A stretch of DNA of 64,000 nucleotides, taken from positions 1,225-65,224 of the IMG/VR virus record IMGVR_UViG_3300006127_000012; one strand, 5' to 3'. The translations under genes and the position numbers were made by a program. Below are positions 16,666-26,400 of the stretch, piece after piece. This DNA is from a virus (taxonomy: Duplodnaviria; Caudoviricetes). Under the pieces are notes generated by a model that was given only the letters and a program-made list of their open reading frames with translations, was not told where the DNA came from and did no database searches. Each line of letters begins with the position of its first letter. Within the stretch, counting starts at the first letter, position 1.

Positions 16666-18051
16666 TTACTCCAATTTCAGGCTGCTGAAATCTTTTTTCG
16701 CACCAGCCTTCGTGGGCGCAGGTGGCGCTGGCTTCTGGAACCCTGACTCATGGATATCATGCTGGGTAGACTCAGCCAAATTGGAAAGCTGCATCTTCCC
16801 ACGCTCGATACCGACGACAAACCGACGATGGAAGCCGACATCGTTATAACGATTCTTCAGCTGCTTAATCATAATCTGCTTGCTATCTTCCAGCTCCTCC
16901 GTGCTGATCAGGGCGAGGATGATATCAGCCGTATGGGCGATACCCATAGACTCAGAGGTGTTGGTCAGGTCAACGTCACTCGACCCATAGCCATCGCGAT
17001 TATATTGGGTTGCCGAGACGATTGGCACATTAAACTCGACAGCCAACGCACGGAGCTCCTCAGCGATAGCCTTGATATAGCTATAGCTGTTTGTCGAGCC
17101 GCCCAGCTTGAGCCTTGAGGACGAGCAGATATTGAGGTAATCGACATACACCACATCAGGGGTAAAATTCTTCTTCAGCTTGAGTTCGTTGAGAAGATGA
17201 CGGAAGTGAGCCGAACCCGCAGAGGAAGTTGGATATTCCTTGATGATCAGCTTGCCCATCACCTTAGAATTGAGCTTCTGAACCTTCTTGAGATAGGATT
17301 CTTTCGGAAGCTGATCAAGATCATCCATAGAGATGTTCATCAGATTGCAGTCGATACGCTTCGCGGTCTCTTCCTCTGACATTTCCATGGTGATGTAGAG
17401 GACATTCTTGCCTTGAGCCATGTTTGCAGCAGCAAAGTGACACATGAACAGAGACTTGCCGACACCGGTTGCAGCCATCAAAATGTTGAAGGTCTTACGC
17501 TTCAGACCACCCTTGGTGATAGCATTCAGCATATCAAGATCAAAGGGAATCTTTGATTCGGTGCGATGATAATAGTCGTATCGATCGGCGGCATTCTCCA
17601 TAAAGTCATGGCCGATGTTCGTATCAAACGAAACAGACAATGCCTTAGTCAGAAGCTCAGGAATGGCACCGCGACCGATATCCTTCTTCTTATTGTCGAT
17701 GATCTGAATTGAATCCATGATCGCGTTATAGACGGCACGATCCTGGCAATACTTCTCAGTTTCTTCAATAAGCCAGTCAGTGTTATCCGACTTGATAGAG
17801 TCGAGTCCTTCGACTCGACCCTTCATTTCCTTATACTGATCCTCAGTCAACCCCTTGAGCTTTTCAAGGGAAATTGTCATTACCTCCTTAGAAGGCAACC
17901 TGTTGTATGTTTCGATGAATGCGTTGACAATCTTAAACAAATTCTTCTCGGTGTCAGACGAGAAGTAATCTTGATGGATAAACGGGAGTGCCTTTCTTGA
18001 GTATTCTTCGTTGCAGATCAGATTGTTTATGATTGTTTCTTCAATTTTCAT
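16666..18051 (-). CDS. gp41: Replicative DNA helicase
   Basis: AATGVGKS Walker A, YITMEMSEE, VVYVDYLNI, SATQYNR, KNRY. Confidence 0.97.
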   Translation of the reverse strand: MKIEETIINNLICNEEYSRKALPFIHQDYFSSDTEKNLFKIVNAFIETYNRLPSKEVMTISLEKLKGLTEDQYKEMKGRVEGLDSIKSDNTDWLIEETEKYCQDRAVYNAIMDSIQIIDNKKKDIGRGAIPELLTKALSVSFDTNIGHDFMENAADRYDYYHRTESKIPFDLDMLNAITKGGLKRKTFNILMAATGVGKSLFMCHFAAANMAQGKNVLYITMEMSEEETAKRIDCNLMNISMDDLDQLPKESYLKKVQKLNSKVMGKLIIKEYPTSSAGSAHFRHLLNELKLKKNFTPDVVYVDYLNICSSSRLKLGGSTNSYSYIKAIAEELRALAVEFNVPIVSATQYNRDGYGSSDVDLTNTSESMGIAHTADIILALISTEELEDSKQIMIKQLKNRYNDVGFHRRFVVGIERGKMQLSNLAESTQHDIHESGFQKPAPPAPTKAGAKKDFSSLKLE

Positions 18052-19130
18052 TCGCCATCCATGCTTTCGAGTTCAGAGTCAAGCTCAATATGAGTAGCTT
18101 CTTCGCTCATAATGCTGCTTGACCCAATGCAATACTTGTCTTCAACATACTTCTGAAACGAAGGAGACTGTAGCACTGGAAGCCAGAACGAAGAAGAATA
18201 CGTATCGTTCATACGATAGTTCTTTTCTCCAATCTCACCAGTCTCCATATCAACCTTCTGATACCAGCCATTCTTTGGCTTGATCACATGACCCGAAGCA
18301 AGGGCGATGTCCATCAGACCAGACCACTTGCTGATACCGTCATCCCAGCTAACTTCAACAGGGATCTTGGACTTTTCCTTCACATAACGCGACTTCTCGA
18401 CGTTGATGATGAAGTTATAACCGACGATCTCCGAACCTTCCTTTTCCTGCTGACGACCAATAATGAAAATATTGTCAGCCGAATAATAGATGCCTGTGCC
18501 GCCCGAGACGATAGCCTTCGGGAACATACCCTGTTCCATGTAAGTATGGTTGACCACGACCATAGGAATATCCTTGATATTCAGGTGAGGAGTGACCATA
18601 CGGAACAACGACTTCAGCTGCTTGGCGCGAGTCATATCCGCAGCAGCGTTTTGATTCAGCGCATCCTGGACTTCCTTCTTAGAAGCAAGGTTGCCGACCG
18701 AGTCAATGACGATGATCACACGATCACCACGGTCAATAGCCTCAAGCTGCTTCATAACGTCAAACTTGAGCTGCTCAATATCCGTAATTGGAGTATGAAG
18801 CACTCGGCTAGTGTCGATCTTGAACGACTCAAAGTAAGCCTGAGGAGTACCGAACTCAGAGTCATAGAACATAAGGATCGACTCAGGATACTTATCCATG
18901 TATGCCTTAGCCATCATCAGGCTGAACGAGGTCTTGAAGTGCTTAGATGGACCAGCCCAGATGGTAAGACCAGGAGTCAATCCACCATCAAGTCGACCGG
19001 AAAGCGCGATGTTGATCGCAGGAACGCTGGTCGGAATCATATCCTTCTTGTTGAAGAACTTAGAATCAGCAAGAACTGCCGAATCCTTAATCGTTGTATT
19101 CTTACGCAGCTTATCTAGTAGTGCAGACAT
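18048..19130 (-). CDS. uvsX: RecA-like recombinase
   Basis: GPSKHFKTS, FYDSEFG, IDSVGNLASKKE, VEKSRYVKEK. Confidence 0.97.
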   Translation of the reverse strand: MSALLDKLRKNTTIKDSAVLADSKFFNKKDMIPTSVPAINIALSGRLDGGLTPGLTIWAGPSKHFKTSFSLMMAKAYMDKYPESILMFYDSEFGTPQAYFESFKIDTSRVLHTPITDIEQLKFDVMKQLEAIDRGDRVIIVIDSVGNLASKKEVQDALNQNAAADMTRAKQLKSLFRMVTPHLNIKDIPMVVVNHTYMEQGMFPKAIVSGGTGIYYSADNIFIIGRQQEKEGSEIVGYNFIINVEKSRYVKEKSKIPVEVSWDDGISKWSGLMDIALASGHVIKPKNGWYQKVDMETGEIGEKNYRMNDTYSSSFWLPVLQSPSFQKYVEDKYCIGSSSIMSEEATHIELDSELESMDGE

Positions 19131-19138
19131 ATATTCTC

Positions 19139-21658
19139 CTATCCAAAAAAATCTTCCAAACTTGAAACTTCTTCAGTTTGCCAACCAATTGCGTTGCAAA
19201 CAATACTCAGTGGACGCAAGAAAGCTGCGTCGAATTGCCGATCATAGTCAATGTATTTTTCAAGCTCAAATTGCTTAGGTAATACATTTAGCACCGCGAA
19301 AACATCCTCTTGTAGAGTATTCGGGAGCTTCATGTAGCAATACTTGATTTTATCTCCATCGCTAATTAGATTATACTTCTTCTCCAATTTAAAGTCAAGC
19401 ACTAACTTGTTGAAAAGCAATGCGCCTCTTACATGAATAGGTGTCCCAGAACGATAAACGCTAGTCTTAGACTGATAGTCAGTCAGACTAGAACAACCAC
19501 GAGGAGAGGCAATAGTTTCAAAAGGAAGAGTCTTAAATTCATTACGGAAATTGTCAATAAACTGAATCAACTCAGACTGCGAACCCTGAATCATAATCCT
19601 CAGAGCTTCCTTAATCTTGTTGCGACAAATCTCAGGAGTTGAGGACTTGACCGCCTCGATGCCCATAATCTTCAGGTCAGGCTCTTTATAACGAACACCT
19701 TCGTTGTCCCAGACGTTCAGAATGTATCGCTTCTTGGCAGTCCAGATACCGCGATCAGCAATCGCCTCTCGCTTCATCTTCATATTCTGCATGTAAGCAT
19801 TAGTTTCGTCAGCCAGTCTTTGGAACGTCTCGTCAATAAGTGGCTCCAGCTTTTGCTGGCAAACCTTATCCAAGAAATTGACGGTCGTTTCCTTATCCTT
19901 TCCTGGGCAAGCCATGTTGACCAGATCACCAAGGCGCAGATAGATTGAGTCGGTGTCCGAAGCAATCACATAACGCTTACCTTTTTGATTCAGAAGTTTG
20001 TTGAGGTAATCCTCAACAGCTGTGCCGACATATTGAATGCCGTACTGACCAGAGAACGTAATAGCCTCAGCGAACTGAAGCATATACCAGCGGAAGTAAA
20101 TATTACCGACTGCGCCGAACAATGAGTTCAGAATAATCTTTTTGGCCATCTGCATATTATTGCACTTGGAAACTTCGGCGACCAGTCGCTTGATTTCTCG
20201 AGCATCGCCCGAGCCTTTGATCTTATTCAGTTCCTGCTTCGCTACACCAGTCTGCTTCTTCCACATGCTTCGGTCAGCATACATCTTCTCGACCAGCATC
20301 GGGAAGATGCCCTTCTCGGTCTTATCCCAAACTGTGCCGTTGGCGGCGATAGCCAGATTACCAACCTGAGCATTATCAAACAAATTCGGATTGATGCCTT
20401 CGTTCAACAGCTTTTCAATTGGAGGAAAGTTAGGCAGCATACCTGAATAAGTCTCGGGCGACATATTATACTGGACGATCAGGCTCGGATACAGCGAGTT
20501 GACGTCAAACGAAGCCACCCAGTCATGAACACCAGTAACTGGATCCATGACGAATGCGCCTTCAAACTGCTGGCTCTTAGAACCTCGCTTGGATGGATTG
20601 ACTACAACCTTTCGGTCAAGCATGAAGTTATGAATAATGATATCCCAAAGAAGCACTGAAGTGAAACAGTCTTCAAGGTTAATCTTAGCATCATAAGCAA
20701 TCGCGTAAGCCAGCTCAATCAGAGCCATCTTTTCGTCCAGCTTCTTGACCAGCTCAACATCTCGAACGTTGTATTCGATAAACTTCTGAGGATCTTTGAC
20801 GCTGAGCTCGTGAAGATTCTCGAACTCAGAATAATCCATCTTGCGCTCACCAAGCTCAACATAGGCAATATGATCAAGGCGATAAGATTCTTGTTTGGTG
20901 TAAGTAAACTTGGTATACAGTCGCTGATAATCGAGGGTGGCAATACCCATGATATCATAGCTCTTTTGTTCACGACCCCACATCTCGACTGACTTATCGC
21001 GAAGAACACCCCAAGGCGATAGCTTGAGAGGATACTCATCACCGAACAAACGCTTCAGTCGATTGACGATATAAGGAATGTCGAAGAACTCAATGTTCCA
21101 GCCAGTAAGAACGTCAAAGTCAAATGCCTGCCAATCCTTGACGAACTTGCGCATCATCTGAAGTTCGTCATCAAACAGCTGAGCAACGACATCTGGACGG
21201 TGAGCCTTGTAAGCTACCGTCGTATAGACATAGAACTTGTCTTGGAATTCAATTGTAATTGCATTGATCGGCTTGTCGGCGCGATCAGGATGAGGAAAGC
21301 CATCGTTCGACTCAACTTCGATATCGAAATTGCAAACACGGATAGCATCCTTATCATAGTCAACCTGACCAGGAAAGTCATCGTTCAGATAGGTATAGAC
21401 ATACTTGTCGAGACCATAGATCTCGAACCCTGAAACATCTTCATAATTTCCGCAGAATTCTTTAGCTTCCTTGATTGAATCAAAGTCAACCTTATCAACC
21501 ATCTTACCAGCGATGGTTCGATACTCAGGGTTGGGCTTCTTAGACGGAACGAAGAGATATGGCTTGTATTGTTCTTTCTTAGAAAAACGACGACCGTTCT
21601 CGAAACCACGGACGAAAATAATATTGCCGCGAACAAAAGCGGATGTGTAAAAACGCAT
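19139..21658 (-). CDS. gp43: Family B DNA polymerase
   Basis: DIEVES exonuclease, FDVNSLYPS, KIILNSLFGA, SDTDSIY, KKRY motifs. Confidence 0.98.
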   Translation of the reverse strand: MRFYTSAFVRGNIIFVRGFENGRRFSKKEQYKPYLFVPSKKPNPEYRTIAGKMVDKVDFDSIKEAKEFCGNYEDVSGFEIYGLDKYVYTYLNDDFPGQVDYDKDAIRVCNFDIEVESNDGFPHPDRADKPINAITIEFQDKFYVYTTVAYKAHRPDVVAQLFDDELQMMRKFVKDWQAFDFDVLTGWNIEFFDIPYIVNRLKRLFGDEYPLKLSPWGVLRDKSVEMWGREQKSYDIMGIATLDYQRLYTKFTYTKQESYRLDHIAYVELGERKMDYSEFENLHELSVKDPQKFIEYNVRDVELVKKLDEKMALIELAYAIAYDAKINLEDCFTSVLLWDIIIHNFMLDRKVVVNPSKRGSKSQQFEGAFVMDPVTGVHDWVASFDVNSLYPSLIVQYNMSPETYSGMLPNFPPIEKLLNEGINPNLFDNAQVGNLAIAANGTVWDKTEKGIFPMLVEKMYADRSMWKKQTGVAKQELNKIKGSGDAREIKRLVAEVSKCNNMQMAKKIILNSLFGAVGNIYFRWYMLQFAEAITFSGQYGIQYVGTAVEDYLNKLLNQKGKRYVIASDTDSIYLRLGDLVNMACPGKDKETTVNFLDKVCQQKLEPLIDETFQRLADETNAYMQNMKMKREAIADRGIWTAKKRYILNVWDNEGVRYKEPDLKIMGIEAVKSSTPEICRNKIKEALRIMIQGSQSELIQFIDNFRNEFKTLPFETIASPRGCSSLTDYQSKTSVYRSGTPIHVRGALLFNKLVLDFKLEKKYNLISDGDKIKYCYMKLPNTLQEDVFAVLNVLPKQFELEKYIDYDRQFDAAFLRPLSIVCNAIGWQTEEVSSLEDFFG

Positions 21659-21684
21659 GGGCACCTCATATCTTTCTATTATTC

Positions 21685-21714
21685 GTTATGCCTGATATCT
21701 GAAATAAAGTAAAG
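21685..21714 (-). promoter_or_regulatory. CTTTAC-type promoter upstream of gp43
   Basis: GCTTTACTTTATTTCAGATATCAGGCATAAC; back-to-back with a CTAAATA (21717-21723, +) that faces the lysis cassette. Confidence 0.55.
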
Positions 21715-21756
21715 CACTAAATATCAAAGATTCTATTTAAAATTGGGAGTAATGAT

Positions 21757-22275
21757 ATGTTTGGAATGATCCCGTTTCCAGTAAAAATCATGGCTATTCT
21801 ATTCATTGTTCTTGGAGCTTTCGGCTTCGGGTACATGAAAGGTAGTGCATACGCTGAGGCAGAACTACAAAGATTTGCAGCTAAGTCCGCAGAGAAAGTC
21901 GCTGAGTTAGAAAAGAAAAATACAGAAATTAGCGGCAAAGTAGTCACTCAGTTTGTAGACAGAACAAATACGATTAAGGAGAAAGAATATGTATATCGCG
22001 ACATCGCTCAAAAGAGTGTGCCTAGCCAGTCTGTGCTTAGCAATGGCTGGGTGTTCACACACGACGCTAGTGCCACAAATGGTGATGCCGACGCCACCAG
22101 AGCTTCTGATGCGTCCCCCTCTGGAATTAAAGACAATGAAGCCCTCCTCACCATCATCTCAAACTACAGCCGATGCATGCAAAACAGCGAACAACTTATC
22201 GGTTTGCAAAAATGGATCAACGACAATAAATCCGCAGTAGATGAAGCAAATAAGAAAAACGGAGCCAAAAAATGA
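21757..22275 (+). CDS. Inner-membrane spanin (Rz-like)
   Basis: N-terminal transmembrane segment, coiled-coil periplasmic part, and an embedded lipoprotein ORF. Confidence 0.8.
   Translation: MFGMIPFPVKIMAILFIVLGAFGFGYMKGSAYAEAELQRFAAKSAEKVAELEKKNTEISGKVVTQFVDRTNTIKEKEYVYRDIAQKSVPSQSVLSNGWVFTHDASATNGDADATRASDASPSGIKDNEALLTIISNYSRCMQNSEQLIGLQKWINDNKSAVDEANKKNGAKK
21989..22240 (+). CDS. Outer-membrane spanin lipoprotein (Rz1-like), embedded in the +1 frame
   Basis: Own AAGGAG RBS (21976-21981), lipobox-like LCLAMAGC, Pro-rich mature part PQMVMPTPPELLMRPP. Confidence 0.75.
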   Translation: MYIATSLKRVCLASLCLAMAGCSHTTLVPQMVMPTPPELLMRPPLELKTMKPSSPSSQTTADACKTANNLSVCKNGSTTINPQ

Positions 22276-22463
22276 TTAAAGATTTATTCAAAAAAATCAA
22301 AGCATTACTTGTTAGCGAAAGTCCTAGACTAATTGACGAATTTAGAGCAATCGAAGAAAAGACTGTTAAAGAAATCACTCCTGAAATTGAAAAAATTGCA
22401 GTGGAAATTAAAAACGAAGTCGTCGCTGAAGTTAAAAAGCGTGGCAGAAAGAAGAAAGTATAA
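22272..22463 (+). CDS. Hypothetical protein in the lysis cassette
   Basis: 63-aa ORF overlapping both neighbours; basic C-terminus. Confidence 0.65.
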   Translation: MIKDLFKKIKALLVSESPRLIDEFRAIEEKTVKEITPEIEKIAVEIKNEVVAEVKKRGRKKKV

Positions 22464-22915
22464 TGGGACTTCTATCATTTATCACACAAGAAGAAAAGAT
22501 TGAATCCATGCAAGACCTTGAGCTTGCTAAGGGCAGAATTCAGCTGACTATCATGAAGATGGCAGCATTCGTCCTTGGTCTGATCATGGTTGCAGTTGTA
22601 TTCATTTTCTTGATCGGTCTGTTTATGCCAAACAGCGTGATCGACAATAACGAAATCTTTAAGATTATTGGTCCAGCATTCTCGACGATCGTTGGCGCAT
22701 TTGTTGGTGCGTTTGCAACTATGATGGGAATGAAGGTTACTGACTTTGATCCAAACGTCAAGGTTCAAGAACTAGGCAAGACTGATTACGTCAAGATCGC
22801 TGAAGCTCGCACTGAAGAAGCCAAGGCTCATTCGATCGAAATCGACAATGAAGCCAAGGAACTAGATCTGATCAATAAGTATCACGATTCCGACGAAGAC
22901 CACGGACCACACTGA
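22463..22915 (+). CDS. Holin-like membrane protein
   Basis: Two hydrophobic segments; immediately upstream of the endolysin. Confidence 0.55.
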   Translation: MGLLSFITQEEKIESMQDLELAKGRIQLTIMKMAAFVLGLIMVAVVFIFLIGLFMPNSVIDNNEIFKIIGPAFSTIVGAFVGAFATMMGMKVTDFDPNVKVQELGKTDYVKIAEARTEEAKAHSIEIDNEAKELDLINKYHDSDEDHGPH

Positions 22916-22925
22916 GGATTAGGCA

Positions 22926-24101
22926 ATGACACAACTAACAGAACATTTTACTCTTGAGGAACTGATCGTTTCTCCAACCGCGAAGAAACTGGGTCTATCA
23001 AACACCCCAACTGCTCAGCATATTGAGAACATGAAGTATGTTTGCGAAAAGATCCTTGAGCCTGTTCGCGCACATTTCGGCAAGCCAGTAAAGATCAACT
23101 CTTCATATCGCTCACCTGCTGTCAATAAGGCAGTTGGTGGTTCGACAACTTCTCAGCACGTTAATGGCCAAGCTGTTGACTATGAGATTGAAGGAATTGA
23201 TAATAAGGTTGTTGCTGACTGGGTCGCTGACAATCTTGAATTCGATCAGGTCATTCTGGAGTTTTATACTGCAGGCGACAAGAATTCTGGTTGGGTTCAT
23301 ACCTCGATCAAGAAAGAAGGTGGCAATCGCAAACAACGGCTGATCGCTACGAAGTCTAAAGCTGGCGGAACTGTTTACAAGCCTGTTGCTGACTTTGATC
23401 CATCAACAACAAAGGATGCTGGTGCACCAGTCAATCCACAGATTACCGATTCGGTCACTCAGGCAGCAAAGCCAGCAGTCGCTGGACTTGGTCCGCTTCA
23501 GGCTCTTCAAGCCAAGTGCGGAGTTGCTGTGACTGGTGTTTGGGGTAAGGAAACTTATCTTGGAGCCAAGAAGCACTTCGGTCTATCAAATGCTCAGGCA
23601 GCTCATTTCTTCGGACAGTGTGCTCACGAGTCGAATAACTTCAAGGCATTCTCCGAGAACCTGAATTATTCGGACAAGGGTCTTAATGGAATCTTCAAGA
23701 AGTATTTCCCAACGATTGCTTCTACCGCTGGTTATGCTCGCAAGCCAGAGAAGATTGCTAACAAGGTTTATGCCAATCGCATGGGTAATGGACCAGAAAG
23801 CTCTGGGGACGGATATAAGTTTCGAGGTCGTGGGCCAATTCAGCTAACTGGGAAGCAAAACTACGCCGCACTTGCTCAAGCACTGGATCGTCCCGATGTG
23901 CTAACAAATCCCGACGTGGTAGCGGGAGAACTGGCATTTGAGTCGGCACTTTGGTTCTTCCGTAAGAATGGTCTGCTAGCAATTGCAGACAAAGGTGTGA
24001 CTGACGCTGTAATCACTCAAATCACCAAGAAGGTGAACGCCGGAACTATCGGTCTAGATGATCGTTTGAAAAAGACTAAGCAATTTGCTGCTTGGGGATA
24101 A
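22926..24101 (+). CDS. Endolysin: Peptidase M15 domain plus GH19 (chitinase-like) domain
   Basis: SSYRSP.VN.AVGGS..SQH..GQAVD (M15) and AHFFGQCAHES...GDGYKFRGRGPIQLTGKQNY (GH19). Confidence 0.9.
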   Translation: MTQLTEHFTLEELIVSPTAKKLGLSNTPTAQHIENMKYVCEKILEPVRAHFGKPVKINSSYRSPAVNKAVGGSTTSQHVNGQAVDYEIEGIDNKVVADWVADNLEFDQVILEFYTAGDKNSGWVHTSIKKEGGNRKQRLIATKSKAGGTVYKPVADFDPSTTKDAGAPVNPQITDSVTQAAKPAVAGLGPLQALQAKCGVAVTGVWGKETYLGAKKHFGLSNAQAAHFFGQCAHESNNFKAFSENLNYSDKGLNGIFKKYFPTIASTAGYARKPEKIANKVYANRMGNGPESSGDGYKFRGRGPIQLTGKQNYAALAQALDRPDVLTNPDVVAGELAFESALWFFRKNGLLAIADKGVTDAVITQITKKVNAGTIGLDDRLKKTKQFAAWG

Positions 24102-24105
24102 ATTT

Positions 24106-24136
24106 GAAGGGGGAGTTTAGCTCCCCCTTCTTTTTT
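24106..24136 (+). terminator. Rho-independent terminator between convergent endolysin and hsp20
   Basis: GAAGGGGGAG-tttag-CTCCCCCTTC followed by TTTTTT. Confidence 0.85.
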
Positions 24137-24608
24137 ACTTGGATGATTCGTTGATCTGAATTTTCTTTGGCTTATTAGCCTCAGGAACGATCGCTTCCAA
24201 CACAATCTTCAGAATACCGTTCAGAAGTTCGGCATTCTTAATTTCTACATTATCAGCAAGAGTAAATTGGCGAGTAAATGGTCGCAGCGCCAGTCCTTGA
24301 TATAGGAATTGTGGCCATGTCCAATTACCACCCGAGTCCTTCTCAGCAGGTTCGCCTGCATGAGTGTTGCCTTTGACGATAAGTTTGTCATCAACCATTT
24401 CGATTTCAAGATCTTGCTTACCGAAACCAGCTACTGCCAGCTCGATAGTATACTTGTTATCATCGATCTTCTTGATATTGTATGGAGGATAGTTTTGAGC
24501 AAGTTTTACAGTCTGCTCTGCGGCTTCTGATAGTCTCTTTACAAGAGGATCAAATCCAACAAAGAAACGATCGAAGTCCTTGAATGAATGATTAAAATCC
24601 CATGCCAT
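24135..24608 (-). CDS. Small heat-shock protein (Hsp20/IbpA-like)
   Basis: NYPPYNIKK, IELAVAGF, GLALRPFTRQFTLAD, LLNGILKI. Confidence 0.95.
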   Translation of the reverse strand: MAWDFNHSFKDFDRFFVGFDPLVKRLSEAAEQTVKLAQNYPPYNIKKIDDNKYTIELAVAGFGKQDLEIEMVDDKLIVKGNTHAGEPAEKDSGGNWTWPQFLYQGLALRPFTRQFTLADNVEIKNAELLNGILKIVLEAIVPEANKPKKIQINESSK

Positions 24609-24673
24609 AATTTTGCTCCTTATTAAGCGAGTTTCAGTTTTGATGTCCCATTAGGCGACATCGTTTTATTTAG
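24609..24673 (-). promoter_or_regulatory. Late promoter plus a two-hairpin, ROSE-like hsp20 leader
   Basis: CTAAATA (24667-24673); GATGTC/GACATC hairpin (24642-24662); CUC-G-CUU-AAU-AAG-GAG hairpin occluding the SD (24616-24631). Confidence 0.55.
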
Positions 24674-24864
24674 GCGAACGGATCCGCTTCCGTGTGCTTA
24701 AATTCACGATTTGTGTAATCATTAATGTAATCTTGAATTTCATTGATTCTATCTTCAACAATCCAACCGTGCGCCTGATCGTCATAGTCATGCCGAAGAA
24801 ACACAGTCTTAAGACCGTTTAAAGACTTCTGAATCTTGTCGATAGTTTCATCAGCCGATAGCAT
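24670..24864 (-). CDS. Hypothetical protein (last gene of the modification operon)
   Basis: 64-aa ORF overlapping the kinase stop. Confidence 0.65.
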   Translation of the reverse strand: MLSADETIDKIQKSLNGLKTVFLRHDYDDQAHGWIVEDRINEIQDYINDYTNREFKHTEADPFA

Positions 24865-25396
24865 TGCTGATCGCCTCCACCAATACAGCCTGTTCTTCTA
24901 GATTGTTGTTGTCGAATTCTTGAATATCAAACATCAGAATGAAGTTGCTACGGATATTGTTAATCTTGCTCTCGCGACCGCGAAGCCAAGTCTCATCCTG
25001 ATTGCTACCACGTTCCTTGTATCTTTCAGTGCGAACATCCTTATTTGTATTCAGATAGAACATGCTTGTTTCATAATTCTCAAAACAGTGCTCAAGGAAA
25101 GAAGAAGTCGAAAGGCGATCGCCCTCAAAAATGACAACAGAGTCAGGAGCAGCCTTATTCAAGTTTTCGAGAAACTTAATTGCCTGAGGCTGAACAGCCA
25201 TGGACATTCGATCAGTGCCACCAAAGACCTGACCGTCTTCATACTTACCGAGGATGAAGATATTTCCCTTCTTGTGAAAGGGAACTAGCTTAAAACTTTC
25301 GTTGATCGTCTTATCGAAGCCATACTTTTCCATCAGCTTCTTCATCAACGTGGTTTTGCCACTACCTGGCTCACCAAAAATCGCAATCACCTGCAT
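24851..25396 (-). CDS. P-loop nucleotide kinase (DNA-modification associated)
   Basis: GEPGSGKTT Walker A, FGGTDRMS, VIFEGDRL, RY..RGS.Q.E.WL.GRE. Confidence 0.75.
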   Translation of the reverse strand: MQVIAIFGEPGSGKTTLMKKLMEKYGFDKTINESFKLVPFHKKGNIFILGKYEDGQVFGGTDRMSMAVQPQAIKFLENLNKAAPDSVVIFEGDRLSTSSFLEHCFENYETSMFYLNTNKDVRTERYKERGSNQDETWLRGRESKINNIRSNFILMFDIQEFDNNNLEEQAVLVEAISNAIG

Positions 25397-26400
25397 GCAA
25401 AAAATTCCTCTAATCCAGCTTTTGAAGAAACATCATCAAACATCCAATCCATGCGACTGATTGTTTTCGTGGCGACGTATTCGCCAAACTTTTCCTTATT
25501 AATACCATACCGCGAATCTAATTTAAAGTAAAGCAGTTCTTTCCTTGATTGCCATAATACATCCCAATCAATACCGTGCCAACCATCAGAAGCAACTTGT
25601 TTAATTTCCTCAGCCTGACGATCTAGGTAATATCCCAAGTAACGAGAAGAATGCGAGCGAAAGATCTTCTTAAAAGCACAAAGTGCAGTTTCCATCGTAA
25701 ACGCATCAAAGTCATTCTTATGATCAGGAAAGCGACTGCGAAGTTCTGTCAGAATAGACTTCGACTCGCCTTCTAGCCATGCATATTCCTTTTCGGTCAG
25801 CTTCTGGTTGATCCAATCTTCCTTGCCCAAAGCATAGCACAAACCGTTACGATGGCTTTTACTTCCGCTATAGTCATTCAGCATAAGACTAGTCGGCTCA
25901 ATGATAAAATCAGCAGTATGCTTCAGGTGCTGCATGTAAAACCATGTCGTGTAGCGACCGAACTTGTGATAGTTATTATTGACTACTTTCCAGAGATTGT
26001 CAAAGTTCTGGTTCTCATTATCACCATAGTATGACTCAAGAACTTCACGCTGAGAACGCTTGCCTATAAACTTCTGATAAGAAGCAAACATCGAGGGAAG
26101 ATGGCCCTTGTTATACTTCGTGTCAGTCTGATAGCGGAGACGCTTGTAATTCTCAGTGTTCCACCATTCAATACGATCTACAGTCGCCAGCTCATAGTCA
26201 GGGAATTCGTTCTTAAGAACCCACGAAGTCGGCAGATAATAGGTGTTGCCGTAGAGCCAGCAAAGCCAGATGCGTTCTTCGTCATTATGCTCATATCGCT
26301 TATTCAGATAATTGGTGAGCCATACGGCAGGATCGCAATCTTTATATGCGACCGACCAAGCATACCACTTAATGAAAAGCTCACGGGAAGTGTTTGTCAA
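25387..26400 (-). CDS. aGPT-PPlase clade 2 / amino acid:DNA transferase-like protein
   Basis: WLYGNTY, RLRYQTDTKYNKGHL, KFGRYTTWFYMQHL, ETALCAFKK, YLGYYLDRQAEEI; HhH-glycosylase-like helical family recognised from memory. Confidence 0.7.
   Translation of the reverse strand: MTNTSRELFIKWYAWSVAYKDCDPAVWLTNYLNKRYEHNDEERIWLCWLYGNTYYLPTSWVLKNEFPDYELATVDRIEWWNTENYKRLRYQTDTKYNKGHLPSMFASYQKFIGKRSQREVLESYYGDNENQNFDNLWKVVNNNYHKFGRYTTWFYMQHLKHTADFIIEPTSLMLNDYSGSKSHRNGLCYALGKEDWINQKLTEKEYAWLEGESKSILTELRSRFPDHKNDFDAFTMETALCAFKKIFRSHSSRYLGYYLDRQAEEIKQVASDGWHGIDWDVLWQSRKELLYFKLDSRYGINKEKFGEYVATKTISRMDWMFDDVSSKAGLEEFFACR

Noticed and set aside
18288-19118. Long + strand ORFs opposite uvsX (also 27106-27600, 27884-28561, 31488-32234)
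   Set aside because: Shadow frames of conserved minus-strand genes, with no RBS or motifs.
16666-21664. Inteins or introns in gp41, uvsX, gp43 (also checked thyX, gp17, gp20, gp23)
   Set aside because: ORFs are uninterrupted, of normal length, and show no intein splice motifs.
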